A stretch of DNA of 64,000 nucleotides from Octopus vulgaris (taxonomy: Eukaryota): assembly GCA_951406725.2 (NCBI GenBank), contig OX597815.1, forward strand, positions 126,108,001 to 126,172,000, written 5' to 3'. Every line of letters begins with the position of its first letter. Position 1 is the first letter of the stretch. Under the pieces are notes generated by a model that saw nothing but the letters and a program-made list of their open reading frames with translations, was not told where the DNA came from and did not search any database. Positions 55,444 through 64,000 of the stretch are shown here, piece by piece. The translations under genes and the position numbers were made by a program.

Positions 55444-55542
55444 TTCCTTTATTCTCGACATATGTTTCGAAGACTGCATATTCCTAATTCCGAAGGAATA
55501 AAGGGTGCATTATGCCGCCTTCTCATCAGGAAAGACAAGGAA
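55444..55542 (-). ncRNA. Canonical type I hammerhead ribozyme, minus polarity
   Basis: Stem I ttcctt..tttc/gaga..aaggaa, CUGAUGA (plus 55523-29), stem II gaaggc/gtcttc plus gcata/tatgc, GAAA, palindromic stem III catatg, GUC (C17 = 55457). Confidence 0.85.
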
Positions 55543-55617
55543 CTTTTGTCAGCATCATGACGAACAAAATCTTTTAGATGACTGTCCACACGGAGTCCAT
55601 AGTGATAATGTGTGGGC

Positions 55618-55917
55618 ATATGCTCTAAATTTTCAAAATCCACCCCCACCGCACGATCTTCTCAGCAGCAAATATAAACTGCTGATTTAATTTCAAAATT
55701 AGACAAAAAATCATTAATTAATAAATATAAGGGTAGCAAAAAATTCTAGAAAAAATTCTCCGGTACTGCTTCTTGTCTCTTTTTTCTAGAATTTTTTGCT
55801 ACCCTTATATTTATTAATTAATGATTTTTTGGCTAATTTTGAAATTAAATCAGCAGTTTATATTTACTGCTGAGAAGATCGTGCGGTGGCGGTGGATTTT
55901 GAAAATTTAGAGCATAT
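55618..55917. repeat. 138-bp inverted repeat with a 24-nt spacer
   Basis: Arms 55618-55755 and 55780-55917; about 3 mismatches by eye. Confidence 0.92.
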
Positions 55918-55969
55918 AGACTCGAGGCGTCTTTGCCGTCGCCTCGTGGACATATACTTGTCCTAGGCT

Positions 55970-56063
55970 TCTCTGCTGATGAGACACGCCAGTTGTAAAT
56001 AAATTTAATTTAATTTAATTAATTTGTTTACAAAGTTTGTCGAAACTATGCATAGTCCAGAGA
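55970..56063 (+). ncRNA. Canonical type I hammerhead ribozyme, plus polarity
   Basis: Stem I tctctg/cagaga, CUGAUGA at 55976-82, stem II gaca/tgtc with a long AU hairpin (tgtaaataaatt/aatttgtttaca), GAAA at 56042-45, palindromic stem III ctatgcatag, GUC cleavage after 56057. Confidence 0.88.
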
Positions 56064-56268
56064 TGAAAAGAGTAAATGTTTTTATTTCTTTTTCAATTTC
56101 AGAATTACAACTGTTTAGCGGTTTGAATTTGGCTGCTCTTTCTAGTGAGTCAATGGCCTATCAGGGCCATTCCTTATATTGTTGAATGTATATTATATAG
56201 TATTTGACTATCTTTTCTTTCTCACTAAACCGCTAGTAGCGGAGAATTTTTTGCTACCATTATATTTA

Positions 56269-56316
<48 letters not shown>

Positions 56317-56879
56317 ATCCAAACATGAAAACACAACAACGCGAGGACGTGGAACAAGTATAGTGTTATTGGTCGCTCAGGAAAGGAAAGAAATCCCTCC
56401 GAAACTATATTTCCCTTTCTCTTCACGATCTAGCAATATCTATCGCTTCTCTCTCACTTCGATCTTTAGCAGGTCGGTCTCCCACCCTTTTCACATCAAC
56501 TAACATTAACGGTTTTTTTTCTCTCCTCATCTATTGTTTCGGTTGAAGAGAGTAGGCTCGAAATGTTTAAGATTTCATCCATATTTCGTGAGCGTTAAGC
56601 TAATACGCCTTGTTTGTTGTTCTTGCACATCGTCTTTGTTTTCTTTTTTATATATGTGTGTGTGTGTGTGTTTGTGTTTGGTTGTTGGTGTATGTGTGCA
56701 TGGGTGGGTTGGTGTAATTTTCTAGGAAAGATGTAGCTTTGATAAACGTGGATCCGTCAATGAACTTGCTTAAAGTGCAACAAATTCTTGTATTCATAAC
56801 GTTTGAACTCCTTCTAGCATTTAAAACGACAATTATTTACATATTGCTTTCTTGAATAGGATATGAAATGAAATCTATG

Positions 56880-57730
56880 TTTGGTGTTTCAAATAGAATA
56901 TTAGACGTATCAATTCTTCCGAGCAAATTAAACAGACATTTTAAAACTAAGTTCTACTATCTTCACGTAAAAGATAATGATTATTTTATAAGCGTATCAG
57001 AACAATGAACATATGAGGTAGGTATTTTTAAAACTATAATAGCAATTTTTTAAAAGACTCAAATTGCCTCTTATGAAATATTGTAAATATTTTCACAAAA
57101 AAAAAAAGAAACTAAATAAAGTGAAGTCTCATTCTTTAGTAGCATCAATTATTTTGCCTGAATGTAAAAAGTTTGTTAGTTCTAGATCAGGTGAAACAAG
57201 AAATAAAATTTTCAATCTCAGTTCTTAGGTGAATTTTGGAAATATCTGCTGACATAGAAGAAACAAAATGCTTCAGCATTCAAATTTTTCTTAGCAAGTT
57301 GATGAGCCATCATTACAAAGAAAGCACAGCTTCTGGCATTTTAGAGATCAAGTAATAGATACCGGTTTCTTTTGTTGTAAAAATACCCGAAACTACAAAA
57401 ATTGAGATTTTTCAAATTTTAAATTACTGCATCGGAAAAGTGAAAATATTATGGAAGTCTTTTGTTGGTATTTGTGCCGGCATTGTTTCGTCTATGGTAG
57501 GGTGTATGAAACCGCTTATAGCATTTGCTACAATGCAAAACGGGATGTTATTGCAAGTTGTTTTCTTTATAAGGCCTTGATTGCAAAGACTTTTGTTGTT
57601 GAAATGAATTAAGTTTTAGATCATGTTGTCGAAATGCTTGATTTTTATCAAATCATACCATTAAGAATCATTTGATAAAATTTGCATTGATGTGAAATAA
57701 CAGCACGTAAGTTTATTTTTATGCTCTGGA
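56880..57730 (+). mobile_element. Decayed hAT transposase (Buster/Charlie, ZBED5-like)
   Basis: LPSKLNRHFKTK, IASYEI, IILPECKK, ISADIEE, QVDE, VGIC..SMVG; many stops and frameshifts. Confidence 0.7.
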
Positions 57731-58834
57731 GTAAAAGGACCTTCATAAAGGGTGTGGTGTGGGCGTAGAGTTCCTCTGTCGTGTATATGAACTCTGAAAA
57801 GAGTTCAATTAATAAAAATCAGTTTTATGAATAGCTTCAATGTTAATTTCGTAATTATAGCATAAAATATTTTACATACACGTTTGAATTTGTTATCAAT
57901 AATGGATTCAGTCCGCTGAAGAACTCTGCAGAAAACCTTAGAAAGGTATATGAAACTGCACCAATTATTGCAATACTGTAAACGGGCTTTCCTGAACATA
58001 TGACAGTACCTTAAACCAATTACTTGGAATAATGATGTTACTTGGAATGATGATGTGTCAGTATCTGCTTCTTGCCTCTTTGTGAAGTCAGAAATTGATA
58101 CATTGCGAAGTCACAAATTGGTACTTTGTCTTTGTACATGCTTTGATGAATGCATGATATAATGTTTTTTGCAGAAGACCTAATACTGTTATAAGACTAT
58201 TTTCTGCTGACAGGTTTGTCTGACTGAGGAGCGGTTAACACTTCTTGAAAGTGTTATTCCTTCATTCAGCTTGTTCGAAGTTGCTAAAGCAATTGTTAGG
58301 ATTTACTGGCAGATATTGTCACCACAAAGCTGTTTGATGATCTCTCATCTAGGTGTAACTCGGTCAACTTTATATTCGATCTCAATAGATCACTTTACGG
58401 CATTCCTTTTTACTTCATTGCTTTTGAATTATAAACGTGTTGGACTCTCTCATAGAACATCAATAAATTTGTACCAACTTTCTTGACTTTCACTTGTTTT
58501 AATTCATTTAGTTTCTACCCTGTTCCATGAATTAACTATATATTTTCTTTATTTATTTTTATTGATTGCTGTTTCAACATAGGTTTTCTTTATTACATTT
58601 CAAAACACAAAATATTCATGTAAACTCCAACAACGCTGTTCCTATTTTAGCTAACCGTGAACCATTCGAAGTAGGAAACTTTGTCAGGGAAATCAACTGA
58701 ACGACCTCCAAGGACCGCCCAGAAAGGTTTACCAAGGCTTGTAGGGCATTTGAAAAACCTCAGTAGATCTTGAAACCTGAGCAATACAGTCTTACATCTA
58801 AACTTGGACTCATAATTGAGAAGAAGATGATTAA

Positions 58835-59276
58835 ATATATATATAGATATGCCATAATATACATCTGGAAGATCCTAGAAGGACTTGTCCCAAAGTTTGG
58901 CATCGAGAGCTACACAAATGCCAGAACTGGGCGCCACTGCATAGTGCCAAGGACTCCAAATTTGCCATCAAGATGTAGGACAAGATACTGTGATAGCCTT
59001 GGCTTCCGAGGCCCACAGCTCTTCAATATCCTCCCGAAGAACCTAAGAGACCTGCGTGGGGTGGATGCAGATGTCTTTAAAATAAAACTGGATCTCTTCT
59101 TGTCAGGTGTCCGAGATGAACCAACTTCATGGCAGGAGGTGCAGATGAGGGCAGCTGCATCGAACTCTCTCATGCACCAAATGACAATTGCTAAAAAGCA
59201 TTCGTGAAGTAAAATCATATAGCAACACCAAATGGCAGTGCCCCAGCATGGCTACAGCTTGTGAGCTGAAACTAAA

Positions 59277-59286
<10 letters not shown>
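58835..59286 (+). mobile_element. CR1/L2-group LINE 3' fragment
   Basis: RYAIIYIWKILEGLVP...NARTGRHC...FRGPQLFNILPK...FKIKLDLFLSGVRDEP; tail gtgccccagcatggctacagcttgtgagctgaaac. Confidence 0.9.
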
Positions 59287-59313
<27 letters not shown>

Positions 59314-59317
<4 letters not shown>

Positions 59318-59554
59318 TGACGTACATTTGCCATTTCAATATGGCTAACCCCTAAGGGTGGATGCTACTGTAGTTTTTAGCCCCAGGAGGACACACTCCT
59401 CCAGCTGGCCATAGACACACTTTTTGTGTCCTGTCAGTATTTGCAAAGGGAAGTCATCCTTCCCGTCTTCAACTTATGATACACACGGACTCGAGTTTCG
59501 AGGTATTGACCTCTCGGGGTTAGCCATATTGAAATGGCAAATGTACGTCACGAT
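59314..59554. mobile_element. MITE-like element with perfect 38-bp TIRs
   Basis: atcgtgacgtacatttgccatttcaatatggctaaccc at 59314-51, reverse complement at 59517-54. Confidence 0.85.
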
Positions 59555-59594
59555 GTGTTACCGCTACTGTAGATAACTCACTTTGATATTTATC

Positions 59595-59665
<71 letters not shown>

Positions 59666-60599
59666 CACCATCTTAATGAAATAGACGGAAGAGATAACTC
59701 TACAGATAAACTAATATCATTTGAGAAAAATAAGGTAATTTTAAAAAGTAAAGCTAGAGATGGTAAGCTTCAAATATTTCCTTTAGTAAACAAAATCCAC
59801 AGAAAGGATAACTGAAGGTTTGGCAACTCCAGAAGAGAAGCGTTTTACTTTCATCATTAAAGATAGAACAATCTGCATAGACTGAAAATCCTTTCTTGGA
59901 AATTCCAACTGATATTTGTTTGAAATTATCCGAAGGAAAAGAATTGGTTTCGATATCCAATGACTGCGAAGTGAATATACAATATGACGAGCTTCAACAG
60001 AGAAAAATATCCTTCCGGTAGCTAAAATTAAATTTTAGTTGTTTTTGATACAGTTCTTAACATCGTATTTAAATGAATTAGAATATTCTTCACTGACACA
60101 AAATAAATGCCAAATGAAAACACAAATGAAATTATTCAAAGCATTATGGCAGAATGGAATGTCTGTTTATCGGACTTGCTTTCCCAACTTTGAAAAAAAT
60201 CGCTAAATGACATCACGTTCATATTTCACACAGAAATGGCTGATAAACTACAGTGAGCAACAATTTTACAAATTTGTATAAATTTTAGATTTCAAAATAT
60301 ATTTCTTTTTAATCTTTCCAAGCAAAATGCACTAATAATTTAGTATTTGATTTTAAGTGCACCATGAAGTCAAAAATATTAAGAATCACTATCAGGTGCA
60401 ACAAACATCCGATAAAATAAAACAATTCACACAGTGCATTTTCTGCACAACCAACACTCAATAAAATATCACAACATACTCTTCTCCATAAACGACCCTC
60501 GACACCTTAACGTTAACAACTCTTAGAGTTCCTATTTTTATACAGCTGCAATCCAATTATATTACAGAAATCACAAAATAAAAACCATAAATTCCGTAT

Positions 60600-61130
60600 A
60601 ATCAGTGAGCACGTGAGGGTCTGGCAACATTCCAGTTACCAAAGGCGAAGGCTTGGTCTCCATTTGACTCAGGTCACTGTTATCAACTGCAAAATGGTGT
60701 CATACGAACAGTGCCATATATTCACAGTTGTTGTCGACTTGGATTCTCTGCAGATGTGTCTCCAACAGTGTTGTGCCTGCATAATATTAGCGACGACGGT
60801 ATCTCGTAACTCCTTTCCTTATAGTAAGTGTTGGTAGCAGATGGACCCTTCGGCGGATAAAAAAGTATTATGTGGGATGACGTCAGCAGCTGGGGAGCTG
60901 ACCGAAACTTGGGGCTGACAGGAAGAGGAAGGGGCAGGAGTGATGCGCGCGCAGACAGGGGAGGATTGGTCCTTTTTTCAATCGGGGCAGCGGACAGAGC
61001 TAGACGTGTGAGCGCTTTGTCAAAGTAGAGGAAAAGCAGCTGCTATTTCTAGCGTTCGGATCAGGCCATGTGGAAGGGCGTGTTACCGCTGGAGAGGTCT
61101 ACGTCGACGAAGAGACGGTAGGTGTCTCTA
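60600..61130. promoter_or_regulatory. GC/CpG-enriched non-repetitive island, candidate promoter
   Basis: CRE TGACGTCA at 60878-85, ATTGG (CCAAT) near 60965, TGACTCA near 60665, CACGTG near 60610, minus-strand TATAAG near 60818-23. Confidence 0.4.
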
Positions 61131-61214
61131 TTTCAAATCTCCCGTATGCACCACATATTAGATCAACAATCAATTTTCTTACTTCTGCTTCTTTAGCTAA
61201 CATAATGAAGGGAG

Positions 61215-61860
61215 GGGATTAGTCGTCTGGTACTATATTTTATCGACCCCCAAGAAGATAAAAAGCAAAGTTAACCGCGGATTCGAACTCATGATTTAAA
61301 GAACCGAAAGAACAACCTCAAAGTACCGCAGTATTTGTTCTATTTCAAGGCGGCGAGCTGGCAGAAACGTTAGCACACCGGACGAAATGCTTAGCAGTAT
61401 TTCGTTTGCTTTTGTGCTCTGAGTTAAAATTCCGCCGAGATCGACGGAATTTCGGGCCTTGTGCCGAGGGTAGAAAAGAATCGTTAGCATGCGGAGCAAA
61501 ATGGATAGCGGTCTTTCGTCCGTCGGTACGTTCTGAGTTCAAATTCCGCCGAGGTCGACTTTACCTTTCATCCTTTCGGGGTTGATAAATTAACTACCAG
61601 TTACACACTAGGATCGATCTAATCGACTGCCCCCACCCCACCCCCAAAAAAATTTCGGGCCTTGTGCCGAGAGTAGAACGGAGTATTTGTTCCATCGCTT
61701 TACGTTCTGCATTCAAATGCTGACGAACTTAATTTTGGATTTCAGCGTTTCTGAGTTGATAAAATAAATACTTGTAAAGTATTGGGATCTATGGAATGGG
61801 AAACATTTTTCCCCTCAAAAATTGCTGGCCTTCTGTCTAGATTAGACTAAATTAGAAACC
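61215..61860. mobile_element. Cluster of family B SINE copies
   Basis: Minus fragment 61215-61295; tandem plus copies from 61347 (ggcggcgagctggcagaaacgttagc...). Confidence 0.75.
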
Positions 61861-62402
61861 ACAATTATTTAGGATCTTTTAATCTTCTTGAAGTTGCTGT
61901 TGTTGTTAAGGCAGAAAAAAAAAAGCAATATCAGTTGGCTATTTTACAACCCATTGTATTCTAAATTCCATTCGTACCAAGATTTATTTTGCATTTCATT
62001 CTTCTGAATTCAATAGAATATCACTTGTTAAGTTTATCTCTACAGATTAGAGCCAGCACTGGTTTTTGATACGACGTTTCGTATCCGAGACGTCAGATAT
62101 AAACAAACAATGAAATCGAAAAAAAATTAGCGTTGGCTATAATTTCTATAGAATATCTGTAGAGATGACCTTAACCAGTGATGTAAAGTGCACCGCTAAC
62201 AACAGAACACGGTACTGGCTTATAAAAATGTTTAATATACTTTATAGTTGCACATTGAAACGTTAATGACATAACGAAATGCCGCGTCCCAACAAGTCAT
62301 TAATCAACAAAATATATCAGTCGATATAATACAGTGTATTTCCACTCTGCTACATACACCAAGAGCAAAACGTTGCCTTCTGCCATTATTAGCACTCATC
62401 TT

Positions 62403-62600
62403 AAGGCGACGAGGTAACAGAATCGTTAGCACGCAGGACGAAATGCTTAGCTACGTTCTGAGCTCAAATTCCTCCGAGTTCGACTTTGTCTTTCATCCTC
62501 TCGGGGTCGATGAAATAAGTATTAGTTGCGCACTGTGGTCGATGAAATCGACTATGCTCCTCTCCCAAATTTGAGGCCTTGTGCTTATAGTAGAAAAGAA
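62403..62600 (+). mobile_element. Family B SINE
   Basis: cagaatcgttagcacgcaggacgaaatgcttagc...tttcatcctctcggggtcgat...ggccttgtgc. Confidence 0.8.
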
Positions 62601-63284
62601 TAATGTAAAACCCATGTAACAATTGTTAGAAATTGTTAATGTTATTAGGCGTAATAACAACAACACCTTTCCTTGAATCCCGCATCGCTTTGGTGGGCGG
62701 TTCTGTCCAGTTTAACCCTCAATACAAACTACATGCTAAAGATGCTGTGTAGGCGTCTAACGACTGAAAAATTCTCTCGGCTGATTCCTGAATATATCAC
62801 TTCTATGGTGATTGCAAAGTATCTAATAAGTTTTCCCATTATCTCGACAACTGCAGATCAATCAGATATTAATCGTCACTAAATTCTTTGAATTCGCGCC
62901 ATAGTAACATACTGTTATGCCATCGATTGTTCTTAATTCTGCAATTTACGTAATTATAATCTTTAGTACCGATAGTCATGCAAACACACACATGCTTCCA
63001 CATAGACATACATATTTGGGCGTGTACATGGATGTTTGTGTATGTGTGTATGTGCGCGTGTATCTGTGTGTGTGTGTGTGCGCGCGCATTAATGTTTCTT
63101 GTTATATCGTATTATATGTAAAAATATTTTAATATTAAACTGAAGGATTATTCAGTACATTTTAGTAGAGTACACGTTTACTAAACTTTGAAAAAGAAAA
63201 GCATGAAAGTGTCTTCAAATTTAGTGGCGAAGGTGCGCAAGCAGTAACATAGAAGTCACATTCAAACTTTCCTTTTAAGAGTTT

Positions 63285-63349
<65 letters not shown>

Positions 63350-64000
63350 GTAGACAGATAGAGAGAGCGAGAGAGAAAGAAAAAGGAGATAAAGAGAGAG
63401 ACAAACACAGATATGAGTGTGTACGAATGGGGACGTTTTATGTAATGTATGTTTACAAAAATATATAGGATATATATGTTACATATGTGTAAGTATGTAT
63501 GTGTGAGTGCGTACGTGCATTGTGTGTGTGTGAGAGAGAGAGCGTATGTGTGTGTATGCGCGCGCGTTTACGAAACTTTCCACTTCACTGACTAAAAAAA
63601 ACACGTCTTACGGCTTCGCGATTTGTTCTTTCATAACGAGCGTTTTCATTCAGGCATGTAATTGATCAGAAATCCGTGATATTTGTTTTAAGACAAAGAC
63701 GTTATTCCCAATGTTAGCCATCGTTTTGAAATTATACAATCAAAGGAATAGCTAGCAAACCACGAAAGACTGAAAGAAAAACAAAACACAGTATTTTCCA
63801 AAAGAGTATGGAAACCTGTAATTTTATCAGGTAAGGTAAAGAAGAAACTCACTTGAGGTTAATACACTCACTCAGACATGTGTGCGCGCACACAACGCAC
63901 AGGCACTCACGTACAAATACATTCAGATAAACATAGGCGGTGTTTATGTATGCGTCTTGTCTGAACATAAATAAGGATCTGAGTTAAGAAATAAGGAAAG

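Noticed and set aside
57900-58530. Coding-looking minus-strand stretch
   Set aside because: Interrupted by stops and no motif I can recognise.

Overview
AT-rich, microsatellite-dense animal DNA. The SINE families and the (TA)n/(CATA)n/(TAGA)n load resemble an octopus or other coleoid cephalopod genome (inference). I can support no intact host protein-coding gene. Nearly all listed ORFs are microsatellite read-throughs or transposon relics. Recognisable content: three mariner copies (one full-length with TIRs and TA TSD), two decayed hAT transposases, several MITEs, CR1/L2-group, RTE and RLE-type LINE remnants, Penelope-like (PLE) RT and GIY-YIG remnants, and many tRNA-derived SINEs. The most notable signal is a set of type I hammerhead ribozymes (HHRs) in short non-coding elements next to (TA)n tracts. 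These include two canonical HHRs on opposite strands flanking a 138-bp inverted repeat (55444-56063), a 569-bp tandem unit whose boundary matches the HHR cleavage site (retrozyme-like), and an HHR-like motif with a G3:C8 swapped core. Also notable: an ORF1-only L1/Tx1-like element with a 15-bp TSD inside a SINE tRNA head, and a 3' stem-loop tail shared between SINEs and LINEs. All structures were read by eye and none was computationally verified.
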